This document shows, one piece after another, positions 37,885 to 50,095 of a stretch of 64,000 bases of DNA (the stretch's first letter is position 1; each line of letters starts with the position of its first letter). The notes under the pieces were generated by a model. That model was not told the origin of the DNA. It made no database searches and saw only the letters and a program-made list of their open reading frames with translations. A program made the position numbers and the translations under genes. The DNA lies in NCBI RefSeq assembly GCF_020745735.1, contig NC_083435.1:48484498-48548497 (forward strand). Direction: 5' to 3'. Origin of the DNA: Hemiscyllium ocellatum. Taxonomy: Eukaryota.

Positions 37885-38529
37885 ATGGGTTTCTTAGTCA
37901 GGTTCGGCACAGGAAAGGAACCATCGCCTTTTTGTTGAACAGGTAGGGCAGGCCAGGTAGGAAGGTCACACATCCTCCTTTGAAGGACAATACTGAACCA
38001 TGTAACATGTTTCAAAACTTTGGTAGTTCTGTGATTATCATTCGTTACTTCAGCAGTTTCGTTTCATACTCTTTCATTAATTGAAGCCACTATGGTAGAG
38101 AATGATTCTGGAACTTTACTCCAAACCTTTTGATTGCTTATTACATACTCATAATGCCTCCTTAACCACTTTCTCAAACTGTCATATTAGCTTCAATGAT
38201 TGTTTTATTGACTCATGGAACACGGTGGTTGCTTTTAGTTGTCGGTAGGTGTCCTTCAGAAGATGGCAGAAAGCTGCCTTTCTGAAATAACATCTTCCAA
38301 AATGACCTGAGGAAGGGAATTCCAGATTTTGACCCAGTTACAGTGAAAGATCGATGATATATTTCCATGTCAGGATGCCGAGTAGTTTAGAGAGGAGCTT
38401 ACAGTGGTGCTGTTCCCATGTATCTGCTGTTCTTATCCATCGAGCTGCAAGTGGGAGTGGGAAGGTACTGTGTAAGGAAGTGGCTAAGTTACTGCAGTGC
38501 AGTATTTTAGACAGTGCATATGGCAGGTA

Positions 38530-38621
38530 TGCCTGAAGAAGGGCTTATGCCCGAAACATCGATTCTCCTGCTCCTTGGATGCTGCCTGACCTCCTGCGCT
38601 TTTCAAGCAACACATTTTTCA
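38530..38621 (+). mobile_element. 92-bp PLE tail insertion starting at the hammerhead core, with a 14-bp TSD
   Basis: GCATATGGCAGGTA at 38516-38529 and 38622-38635; insert begins tgcctgaagaagggcttatgcccgaaacatc. Confidence 0.85.
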
Positions 38622-39443
38622 GCATATGGCAGGTACTAAGCATCAGATTTGGAGGCAATGGACGCTTGTGGATGTGCTGCTGATCAAGTGGGATGCTTTG
38701 CCTAGCTTCTTGAGTGCAGTTGAAGGTGCTCCTGTCCAGTCAAAGGGCGAGCTGTGCTATTACCCTCCTGACTTCTGTCTCTTAGGCAGTTAATTGGCTT
38801 TGCAAGTCAGGAGGGAGAGTTACTCGCTGCAGTATTCCTAGCCTCTGGCCTGCTCTTACAGCCATTGTATTTATATGGAGTGTCCAGCTCAATTTCTGAT
38901 GAACAATAAAACCCAGAATGTCGATGGTGAGGGATTCCGTGAAGGTAACACTATTGAATGTCAAGGGGTTTTGGTTAGATTGTCTCTTATTGTCAATGGT
39001 CATTGTCTCGCAGGTTTGTGGTGTGAATGCTATTTGCCACTTGTCAGCTCAAGTCTGCAAATTGTCCAGATTTTGTTGCGTTTGAATGTGGACTGAGCAG
39101 TCCCAAAAAAAGTGCTAGATCAATGCAGATTTCACTTCTGACCTTCTGAGGGAGGGAAAGGCATTGCTGAAGCAGCTGAACATGATTGGGCCAAGGACAC
39201 TTTCTTTAGGAACTCCAACAGAGATTTGCTTTGGCTGAGACGACTGCCCTCTAACAAGCAGAGCCACCTTCCAATATGTGAGGTCTGACTGCAGGCAGCA
39301 GGGAGGTTGTCACCTGATACCCATTGAATCCAGTTTTGCTAGGACTCCATAATATCACACTCTGTCGAATGTGACCTTAATGTGAAGGGCTGTCACTCTT
39401 CCCTCATTTCTGGAATTCAGTTCTTTGTCCATGTTTAAATCAA

Positions 39444-39670
39444 CTAGGAGAAAGTGAGGAGCGCAGATGCTGGAGATCAGAGCTTAAAAATGTGTTGCTG
39501 GAAAAGCGCAGCAGGTCAGGCAGCATCAAAGGAGCAGGAGAATCAACGTTTCGGGCATAAGCCCTTCTTCAGGAATCAGGCTTCAGAAGGGCTTATGCCC
39601 AAAACGTCAATTCTCCTGCTCCTTTGATACTGCCTGACCTGCTGCGCTTTTCCAGCAGCACATTTTTAAG
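39444..39670. mobile_element. Palindromic PLE mini-element with a perfect 15-bp TSD
   Basis: CCATGTTTAAATCAA at 39429-39443 and 39671-39685; the two arms meet at the hammerhead sequences. Confidence 0.88.
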
Positions 39671-42129
39671 CCATGTTTAAATCAAGTCTGTAATTCAGTC
39701 ATGAGCTGAGTAGGCCTTGCGTAACCCACATTTTATGTCACCGAGCAGGTTATTACTGAGCTAGTGCTGCTTGATAGCACTGTTGAAAGCACCTTCCTAC
39801 ACCTAACACATGATTGAGCATGGACTGATGGAGCAGGAAGTCGCCAGGGTGGTTTGACCTATTTTCTGTGCACAGGACATGCCTGGCCTATTTTCCACAT
39901 TGTCCATGCCAGTGTGGTAGCTGTACTGGGAGTGCGTGGCTAGCACAAGTCATCAGTATTATTGCCAGAATTTTGTCAGGCTCCATTGCATTTGCAGTAA
40001 CCAGTGCCTCCCGCCCAACAGTGTCTTGATTTCACATGGAGAGAAGCGAATTCCCTGCTGACAGGTATGTGTAATATTGGTGATCTATGGAAGATGCCGA
40101 GATGGATCAGACAATTGGCACTTCTGGCTGACGATTGCTGTGAATGCTTCAGCCTTAACTTCTGCGCTGATATGTTGTGCTCTCCAAAGCAGAGCAAGGG
40201 GATATCTGTGGAGCTTATTCCTTCAATGAGTTGTTTAATTATCAACTTTAGTTCATGACTTGATGTGGCAGCACTGCAGGCTCAGACCCCAGTTTCCTGA
40301 ATTAATGGTCTAGCCACAATATCTCCAGACTATAACTGCAATCCCCCACTCCATGATGTGGATATGCACAACAGAAGATCACTTATCCTTTATATTTGTA
40401 GATTCCAACAATGCATCATATATTCGCTTAATTTGTTAGTCTTGAAAATGCTTTACTTCACAGACTTTAGGATATCATGTTCTGTTTTCAATTTTTCTCT
40501 CCAACAGGCAAGGTCATTGATGTCACACCGGCTTTCCTCCTCATTAATTGCAAAAGCAAACGTTTTTCACCTCATCTTTGAACTTATTGATCAAAATTGC
40601 TACATTCTTGACTAGATCGTTCATATACACTGCAAACAGCAAAGGATCCAGCACCAAGTCATATAGTAAGCCACTGGACACAAGATGTCTTCACAATGTC
40701 TACCTTCGACCATTACCTTCTGCCAACAAATAAACCTTCGATGCATTTGCCAAACTGCACCAGATCCCATGAACCCTTAGCATATTGAAGATGCAAGATC
40801 TGGTCAAAAACCTGATTGAAGTCAAGAAGCATCAAATCCACTTTTTACACCCGATGGCACATCTCATTGCCTCTGCGGAAAACAGAATCAACCACTTCCC
40901 AGATGGTCTCACTTCCACCAAAGCCCTGCTGAATTTTATTGACTAAACCTTACAATTCCAACTTTTAATGAATGCTGTCTCTTAGATTTATTTATTAACT
41001 TCCCGCAAGCTTTCTACTTTTAAACATAGGTTTATGAGCTAAACTACATATTGTCATTTCGCTCCTTTCACCCGGTGATAACTCTTTCTTATCTCTCTGA
41101 CAGATAATTTACTCTAGCTGAAATAATCTTGTGTCTCTTCTGTTTCATTCTGGAAAATGGGAATGGAATTGAATACAATGTTGAGACCAACAGCAAACTG
41201 TCTGTTTGTTCTTGACACTGTCAGTGTGTTCACCCTCAGAGGTAGGAAGATGTGCTGATAATACGGAAAGTAGCACATGATGTATCATTCTCAGCTGGCG
41301 CGCAACTTCTTGTTTCTATGTGCCAGCAGCAAGCCACACATCTCACTTCTGATCAGAAAATAAACCCAGGGGATACAGAGTGTGAAGTGATCACATTGAA
41401 GTGACATTTGCAAATCGACCTTTCGATCTCTGTTTCACGGTCTGATTCCAGGATGTCGTTGGACGAGTCTCTCGACTATCTAACATGCTCATTCGATTCA
41501 CTAATGTCTGGAACACATTGACATGCACCTTTTCATGTCTTTGATTGTGTACTACTTGTTACTCTCTCTTCAGATTTAATGTTCCCAGCTTTTGATTCTG
41601 TCTTCTGTATCCATCACCTTCCCAGCCGAATACATTCTGTTTGATCTATTTCCTAAATTTTGATCAATTAAACAAATAATACAGTTTAGTACAGACAGGT
41701 ATGTTGGTGTGTCCGATTAACAGAATCAATATATGGAGAGATCACCTTGGCTGTATCTAACTCTGACCGACATTGAATTCAAATAAACCACAGCACTGTA
41801 TGGTTTCAAACTTTGCAAATCCTCTCTCTTTGATAGAGCTTGTTCTAACGGTTAATTCTTTTCTTGATTATTTCAGAAACTATAACTAAAAATCCCTATT
41901 TTTAACCAAGTTGCAAATATTATTAAAAGTTGCAGCACTGGCATTTCCTACCCCTACATTTGTGGTGTTTAAATGTTCTGGTCAACATTTGCTTCAAGCA
42001 GAAGACTGAAACATTGGTTTCTCTGAGTTCCCAGCCATTGCCCTTGCAGTTCCATAATAACTGCAAGCTATTGATAAGCCCTAGAATGAACAGAATGTCC
42101 AGGCCCTGTACACACCCAAACGCCATGAT

Positions 42130-43225
42130 GTAGGCCTCGAAGCCCTCCGTTTCTTCCTGTCACGCCAACCCAAGCAGTACATGCTCAACCTCAACTACAT
42201 TTCCTTTCAATCCTCCCACTTCCTCCAAACAAAAGGGGTAGCCATGGACACCTATATGGACCCCAGCTATGCCTGCCTCTTCGTCAGATATGTGGAACAG
42301 TCAATCTTCCACAGCTACACCGGTATCATTGCCCACCTTTAACACCACTACATTGATGACTGTATCAACGCCACCTCATGCAACCACTAGGAGGTTGAAC
42401 AGTTCATCAACTTTACTAAAACCTTCCACCCTGACCTAAACTTTACAGGGACCATCTCGGACTCCTCCCTCCCTTTCCTAGAACTCTTCATTTCTATCTC
42501 CAGTGACCAACTAAACATTTACTACAAACCCACTGACTCCCACAGCTACCTGGACTACACCTCCTCCCACCCGACCTCCTGTAAAAATGCCATCCTTCAT
42601 TCTCAATTCCTCTGACTCCACCGCATCTGCTCCTCGGAGGACCAGTTCCACCATAAAACATCCCAGATCCTTTATCAAAGACTGCAATTTCTCCTCCCAC
42701 ATTGTCAATGATGCCCTTGAACCCAATCCTTCCAATCGCAACAGGGAGCCCTCCTGGTCCTCATCTTCCACCACACCAACCTTGCATACATTATATCATC
42801 CTCTGCTGCTTCCACCACTGTAAACAGACCCCATCACTCGGGGTATATTTCCCTCCCTACATCTATCGGCATTCCGGAGACACCATTCCCTCCACGACTC
42901 CCTCGTCAGGTCCATGCCCCCCACCAGCCCACTCCCCACCCCTGTCACCTTCCCCTGTCACCACAGGAAGCGCAAAACCTGCGCCCACACATCCCCCCTC
43001 ACCTCCGACAAGGCCCCAAATGATCCTTCCACATCCCACAGAAACTTATCTATACTTCCACAAATGTCATCCACTGTGTCTGTTCCACCTGATGTGGTCC
43101 ACTCTGCATCAGGGAGACAGGACACTAACTTGCGGATCATTTCAGAGAACACCTCTGGGACACCCGTACCAACCAACCCCACAGCCCCGTGGCTGAACAC
43201 TTTAACTCCCCCTCCCACTCCACCA
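42130..43225 (+). mobile_element. Degraded PLE internal fragment (RT C-terminal half and GIY-YIG)
   Basis: TKGVAMDTYMDPSYACLF, KNAIxHSQFL..RICS and decayed HFREHL motifs, homologous to 6464-7757. Confidence 0.8.
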
Positions 43226-43764
43226 AGAACAGCCGGTCATATTCCTGTTTAATTCCAATGAATAAATACAAAATAACCGAGTCTGAATTTGGGATGATAT
43301 TAATAGGATTTATTTCGATCGAAGCATGAACAGATTATTTTGACTGAACAGGTGGAGAGATTCACTTCCTGAAAAAGCAGCTCAAGTGATATAAGCTGGC
43401 ACCAAACCGAGGTTGGTCAATACTGAGGCAAAACTACAGCATCCAGTCTTGAGTGAAATAAATAAAGAAACTATCTTAACCCCGGAACAAGATCGAGTGT
43501 ATTAAATATGAACAAAGACACGAGTATTTTAGGATATAATAGAAAAGTAATTTATAGTATATTGAAATGCAAACAGAGATGTGAAGTCTCTACATTCTTC
43601 CTAGCTAAATTAATCATTTCAGAAATGCCTTTTTAATTTTCATGTATCACTCGTCGGTCCATTCCACGAACCTTGCTAGGTCCTTGTTAAATTCTGAACC
43701 ATCAGGCGATGGTTCTCAGTGGTTGTGAGTTTCATGTTACAGCAAATTGTGATGTTGTCCACTG

Positions 43765-46578
43765 TATGCCAATGTCTTAGTTAAAAATTTAAAGCAATCA
43801 CAGCTCCAAACATTTACAAAATATCACTATGGATCTTCCTTGAGTCCAAAAAAAATGTCCCTTTGATCAATGATTTCTAAAATTTGTTCTCATATCTGTT
43901 GTGAAGGACGTTTTCAAATAACTTGAAGTGCAAATGGTTCACATCAGTCGGAATACAGTAACATTTCATGTGTTACCCCACACAAAAAAAATCAAGCAAT
44001 TTTGTTGTCACGAGTTGTTCTAAGCAAGTCTAGGATGGACTGTTTTATCAAACAAAATCATTTCCAATGTTGTGAGGGCTCGTCTATCTTCTGTGCAATG
44101 GTCTGAATTTTGTATCTGAATGCAGATGTAACTGGCTGCTCTGGGTAAAAGTACAGTTTGTGCCTTTCACATTGTTAATGTATATTACTGACTTTAGTTG
44201 AATAAAGTGATGTTGTCCCAGGCATTGTCTGGCACCATTAATTAGACCATTAATTTCCACATCGCTAGCCGGACGGTCAGGTGGAGTTTATTGATATCAT
44301 TGAACCAAAGGCTTGGAATATTTCCAGTATGAATCATGTGAATTAGAGTCTCTGAACGAGAGAAAGTAGGAAAGATGAAGTTTTCACGACAGAGAGAGAT
44401 CACTTCGCCCATCACACCTGTATCACGTGAAAACAGAACCTTCCAGCCAACACCCACTTTATAGTATGTTGTCCATAACCCTGCAGGTGATAGCACTTGA
44501 AGTAAATATTCGGGAACATTGTGTAGAGTCTAATCCATTATCAACATAGATATGATCTCCCATGCTGTAAATCCCGGCTTATGGGGAAAAAAGTAGGGGC
44601 AGAACGCCCATTTCTAAATGTTGTTTCTCAGGACATTTTGACAATTCTTAACTTAATATCGTTGTAAACTGACATGAAAACAATGCAGACATGTTCCCCA
44701 GAAATGCTGACAGCAACATACCTTTACTCAGCCAAGATCAGCAACATGAATTAAGAAAGTTTTAAAAAATCTTTCTTTTAACTGATTATTAACAACACGG
44801 ATTTCACAAAGTGAAAAGTACAGAAGGGAAGGGTGGAGGGGTGGGTGTGGACGATGTTCACTTGTGAGAAACAAAGCTCACACACTTCAATAATTTCAAT
44901 CCGAGACAAAATCTGAATCAGTGGTGCCCTTTATTTTACTCTTGCAAGGTGGTGTGATGTCCATGTCGACAAGGCAGGGACACACACACTGAATTCAACT
45001 AATACACGATATTTATGTAATTTGGTTTCTTTTTTTTATTTCATTGCTCCTCCCCTGTTTACATCTTCCATTTCCCTAAGACCAGCGTCCATTACTCCTG
45101 TTTATCTCTTGCCTTATCCAGCCTTGTCTGTGACAAAATGCTTATTTCTGGCCTCACAAGGCCGTTTGACCTCATTCCGCTGTGGGTCATTGTTAGGCAT
45201 ATCCTTTCTTCACCATTATCTACTCCCTCCATCTGTGCCTTCCCCTACCATACTGATCCTTATAACACTTTTAATTGGAGTTTGTTCCTGTGTTTCAGTA
45301 AAAGTGGGAAACAGATGTTTATACCTAATGTTTGTACAGGCGTATCTAGCTTAACTCCCTCCCCTCACAGCATCTTATCTATTCGTCTGTAATATCTACC
45401 ATTGTTTTGCAGTCCCGTTTCATTCTTGCATACAATTTTAGCTAATACAAAAACAATTATGTATTTCCTCCACATAGTTTCCATTCTTGTTGACTCAGCT
45501 CTTGGCTGAAACAATTACACACTGGTGTGAGTTCTTTTAATTTGTATAAGTAATTATAATTGCAGAAGTAACACTACTTTACCTATATCCCACACACTGT
45601 TCCCTGATGTCTGGTTGCATTTGTGAGCAACAGGTGAACCTGCGACCAGATTCAGGATGGTACTGCAGGTATTTCAGGAGATACTGTGTAAACGGAATTC
45701 TCCCATAAATCAGCAATGACATGAACATTTATTTTTTATGGTGTTTGAAACCAAATAAAATTGAGCAATATGGTGGGACAAGTTCCTTTCATTTCTTTGA
45801 ACTAGTATCAAGAGACACTCTCTGTGGGCCTGGGGTGGCAGGAGGATCTTTAACAGCAGAATGTGAGGGAACAAAGTTACCGTTGGAAATCCAGATAGAC
45901 TGGAACTTGTTTCACTGAAGGGTGAGAGTTCGGGGGGTGACCTCATATAAGTTTATAAAGCCATGAGTGGAAAGGTGAATGGCTCTAATTTACATGATTC
46001 ATCCTGGAAATGTACGAAGCTTTCGTTTCAAAAATATCACATATCAATAAACTCCACCTGAACCTCTGGCTAGTGATGTGGGAATTAATGGTCTAATTAA
46101 TGGTGCCAGACGATGCCTGGGGCAACATCCCTTTATTCAACTAAAGTCAGCAATATACATTAACAATGTGAAAGGCACACACTGTACTTTTACCCAGAGC
46201 AGCCGGTTTCATCTGCAGTCAGACACAACTTAAAATTCAGACCATTGCACAGAAGATAGACGAGCCCTCACAACACTGGAAAAGATTTTGTTTGATAAAA
46301 GAATTCATCGTAGACTTCCTCAGAGCAACTCATGTCAACAAACTTGTTTTTTTTGTGTGTGGGGTAATACACGAAATGTCACTTTAATACGATTGATGTG
46401 AGCCACTTGCATTTCAGAAGTTATTTGAAAACTTCCATCGCATTAGATACGCGAATAAATTTTACAAATCATTGATCAAAGGGGACAATCTTTTTTGGAC
46501 TCAAGGAAGATCCATAGTGATATTTTGTAAATGTTTGGAGCTGGGATTGTTTTCAGTTTTTGACCCAGACATGGCGTA
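43765..46578. repeat. Inverted duplication with arms about 43765-44349 and 45982-46578
   Basis: cagctccaaacatttacaaaatatcactatggatcttccttgagtcc and ctctgggtaaaagtacag..ggcaccattaattagaccattaatt recur as reverse complements. Confidence 0.85.
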
Positions 46579-46880
46579 TTTCCCCTATGGTGGGGGATTT
46601 CAACAATAGGGAACATGTTTTTACAATGAGAGGAGAAAAATTTTTAAAAAGATATCAGAGACAACTTTTTACACAGAGAATGGTTTGTGTGTGCGATGAT
46701 CTGGTAATGGATACTTACAACCTATAGAAGACATTTGGATAAGTAAATGAATATCAAATGTTTGGAAGGATATGGGCCAAGTACACACAGGTGGGATTAG
46801 TTTAGTTTGGGATTATGACTGGCATGGACTGGTTGGACTGAAGTGTCTGTTTCCATGCTGTCTCACTCCATGACTCTATG
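45880..46880 (+). mobile_element. CR1 3' fragment split by the right arm of the inverted duplication
   Basis: gggtgacctcatataagtttataaagccatgag before 45982, then tttcccctatggtggggg..gtttccatgctg..actctatgact after 46578. Confidence 0.7.
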
Positions 46881-48060
46881 ACTATGTATCAATGTTTCTC
46901 AATATTAAACAGTGCTGTAGTGATCCTCGAATGAACTGTTGATGTTTAGGTTGTGTCTGAGACTCTGCGAATATTTCCTTCAATGAGAGGAGTGACTAGT
47001 TCTCCAAGTTTCACAACTGAAAAATAAACTTTTCTCCAGTATTGTTGCTGAGTAGATGTGTTCCTGCAGAGGCAGTGGTTATGGTTTGCAGTTTGCTTTC
47101 CACCAACTGGTCAACAGTGAGACAAAATATGTTTGATCCACTGCAGAAACTCCACCTCCTTCCAGTAAATGAACCTGGGAACTCAAGGACCTTTTCTGCA
47201 GTCAGCTTAATTGCTGCCAACTATTGTATCTGGCCGATTAAAGGGAAAATGAATCAACTAAAGTAAAATCCTACCAAACAAATTATATTTTCCCATTTAC
47301 TCACAATGGATACATTTCACTTGGCATTTCTTCTTTAAAAAGGAAAGTCACACAATACAGCATTCACTGTATGGCTATCAGAAACAGGACATTGAATGCA
47401 GTGACATTCTGGTTAGTTCAGTCTGTTTACTGAGTATCTTTAAAGCTCCTGAATATGAAGTTAATGGATCCAAAATCCCACACTACAGTAACATTTGTTA
47501 TCATCTCAAAGTAAATTAACAAACTTGAATTGGTTCAAACTCACATCACTTGTTGCATCATTCTCTGATTCATGTATCTCATTAAAACTGAGTGGGCCCT
47601 TTATACATGGTGAACACTGGTGTCGTGTAACAGTGAATTTCTGCGTATTTTTATGAGTTAACTGCCCCTGTCAGAGCTATCAGTGAGCAGAGAAATGTAC
47701 TGTTTATAACCTACATTCGTGGTAATGATTATTGTAATACTCTCTAATTTAACCAAACACTCCTGATGTCCCCAGACAGTTACCTGCAATGGTTTAGATG
47801 TTGAGGATATTTTTTTAAAAAAACGTATGGACTGTCCTGTTCTGGTTCATTAGATGCTCTTTCAAAAGTTTACCTAGGCGTTATGTATCACTGCCAACTC
47901 ACTTTTTGTTTCTCAGGCACACAGCTTTCCTTTACTACGCATTTTAGGGTCGGAGCAATTTGAAAAAAAAGATGCAAGGAGAGACATTCTGCAATGAAAG
48001 AAGGTGCTTCTAATCTCCGGGTCCAAACTGTTTAGTGACATCCACTCACATTCCGAACAT

Positions 48061-48520
48061 AATCACTTTAGACCTGCTCCATATTAGGTTGCCTAAATGG
48101 AATTTAGAAACGCAGATTAGAAATGGGATGTTATTTTGTGAAGTGAGAGAGACTTTGAGTGACAGCAAAAATAAAGTCACTCATTTTGTTGGTTAATAAT
48201 ATGATTGAAGTTCTTTTTAGCTTTATCTGCTTGTGGTGGAATGTAGAATTAAAGGGAGTTAACTTCTAATTGAATATTCTGAATATAATCACTTTGGACA
48301 CGCTCTGTATTCAGTTGCCTAAATTGAATTTTGAAATGTTTATTATGAATTACATGTTATTTTGTAGTGGGACAGAGACTGGCAGTGTCCTGGGAAATAA
48401 AAGCTCAATTGTTTTACTAGCTAGTAATACGTTTGAACTTTGATTTTAGTTTTATCTGCTTGTGAATGAATGTAGAAATAAAGGGAGCTAACTTCCGGAT
48501 GATTTTTTTGAAAACAAAAT
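48061..48520. repeat. Diverged tandem duplication with a period of about 226 bp
   Basis: aatcactt at 48061/48287, gttgcctaaat at 48088/48314, tttatctgcttgtg at 48222/48451. Confidence 0.8.
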
Positions 48521-48659
48521 ACTTGCAACTATCATGTCAAACAGACCTGAAGCTACTCAATTTTACTTCCACCATTAAAAAAAAACACTCCCAAAGAAGC
48601 TATTCAGCAAAATAAATATCCCAAGATGTGTATATATCCATGTTTAAGCGTAACCTGGT

Positions 48660-48864
48660 AAATACATGAGCCCATGTGTTGGGGCTGTGCAAGCTGAGAC
48701 CAGGATCCAGTCTCAGCCTCCAGCAGGAAACCAACAGGCGGAAGCTGTAAGCCTGCCCTTTCCGATGGCCATACAAATCCTAGGCACTGGACCGTAATTC
48801 AACACTCCGGGATCGGCTTTGTTTAGAAAGATCTTGACAGAACCGCTTCCCAGAAGTTATCAGA
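48660..48864 (+). promoter_or_regulatory. Presumed IgM VH promoter and 5' UTR
   Basis: Position immediately 5' of the leader; Ets-like caggaaa and ggcggaag, and ATACAAAT at 48771-48778; function not shown. Confidence 0.35.
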
Positions 48865-48913
48865 ATGATTGTGTCGACAATTTTTCTCAGTTTATTACTG
48901 ACTTTCTTATCAT
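48865..48913 (+). CDS. IGHV: IgM VH leader exon (MIVSTIFLSLLLTFLS, phase 1)
   Basis: ATG at 48865, hydrophobic signal peptide, donor gtgagt at 48914; splices in frame to [10 protein letters not shown]. Confidence 0.9.
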
Positions 48914-49031
48914 GTGAGTGTTTTTTGTTCAAGTCTGTCTTTGTTACTGTCTCATTGTTAGTCTACCTCAGGAATGTAAAAGACTCAGGCATCATTTCAT
49001 CTGCATGGTTTATTTCTTGTCTTCTTTAAAG

Positions 49032-49377
49032 GTGTCCAGTCGGAGATTGTTTTGACCCAGCCAGAGGCAGAGACTGGTCGTCCCTCAGGCAGCCTGGAAC
49101 TGACCTGTGAAACCAGCGGGTTCGATCTCAGCAGCTACAGCATGTACTGGGTCCGCCAGGTTCCTGGTCAGGGTCTGGAGTGGCTGGTTCGCTACTATAG
49201 TTCATCCAGCAATTACTATGCACCAGTGATTCAGGGTGGATTTACTGCGTCCAAAGACACTTCAAACAACATTTTCTCGTTGAACATGGGGAACCTGAAG
49301 ATCGAAGACACCGCCATCTATTACTGTAGCTGGAGTTGAGTACTGGGGCCAAGGGACCATGGTGACAGTGACTTCAG
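49032..49377 (+). pseudogene. IGHV: Pre-joined IgM V(D)J exon, out of frame with a stop in CDR3
   Basis: Acceptor ttctttaaag; [39 protein letters not shown], then agc tgg agt TGA (49337-39). JH YWGQGTMVTVTS starts at 49341 in the +1 frame; donor gtaaga at 49378. Confidence 0.9.
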
Positions 49378-49894
49378 GTAAGAACTTTGAACTTTCTTAG
49401 TGACTTTTTAAAAACTTTCTATTCATGTGACTAATTTCTGAATTAAATGAAACTCAGATTCTGTGCTGAGTTTGGTTTGGTTCGGATTGATTTTTGTTCA
49501 GACTGATTATAGACTTCAGTTAAGGCTCAGCAAATAGTTAAAATGGTGATGATGGAGTCAGTTGCTCGGTGTATCTCCTTTTTTTGATCAGATGGACATT
49601 CTATGTGGCTGGGTTACTTGAAACACCTAATGTCTCTTAATCAGTCAGCTATAAATAATGTTTAATGCCAGTGACACCCTGACTGTGAGTTTTATTATCA
49701 ACAACAAACGCTAAGAATTCAAAGATGTTCAAGATATTACCAAACATGACTAAAATATGCTAAAATATCATTATTAATTTCTTGAAGATATGTTCTTACC
49801 ATGATTATATTTTCTCACTTATTTTGTCAATTTTGTTGATGACAAGCAGGTTAGAAACTGTCATAAAAGTTTCTTGCGATGCTATATTGCATTC

Positions 49895-50095
49895 TGTTGA
49901 TTAGATTCTGAGTTTGTTTAACTTGATTCTGTTGAATTGAGTTGATTGGCTTTTGAAATGATTTTATTTGATTCTGTTGAATTGAATTGGTTGGATTCTG
50001 ATTATGTTTCATTCAAATCTGTTGTTTTGAGTTGATTGGATTCTGATTTTATTTTCTTTGATTCTGTTGAATTGAGTTGATTGGATTCTTATTCA
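49895..50095. repeat. 45-bp T-rich tandem repeat at the 5' end of the J-C intron
   Basis: ttgattctgttgaattga at 49923, 49968 and 50058, with a degenerate copy between. Confidence 0.8.

Larger units (their letters stand above)
38240..40300 (-). mobile_element. Degraded L2/CR1-group LINE carrying two PLE mini-insertions
   Basis: LTFNSVTFTESLTIDILGFIVHQKLSWTLHINTMAVRAGQRLGIL (38782-39003), similar to 13981-14420. Confidence 0.7.

Noticed and set aside
41221-41560. CpG-containing stretch suspected to be an exon or Ig V relic
   Set aside because: The frames I translated close quickly and show no Ig Cys/Trp pattern or known motif. Left unannotated.
49330-49345. Cryptic donor at 49335 rescuing an in-frame V-to-CH1 splice
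   Set aside because: The phase would fit, but GTTGAG matches the donor consensus poorly and the strong JH donor is intact. No support without RNA data.
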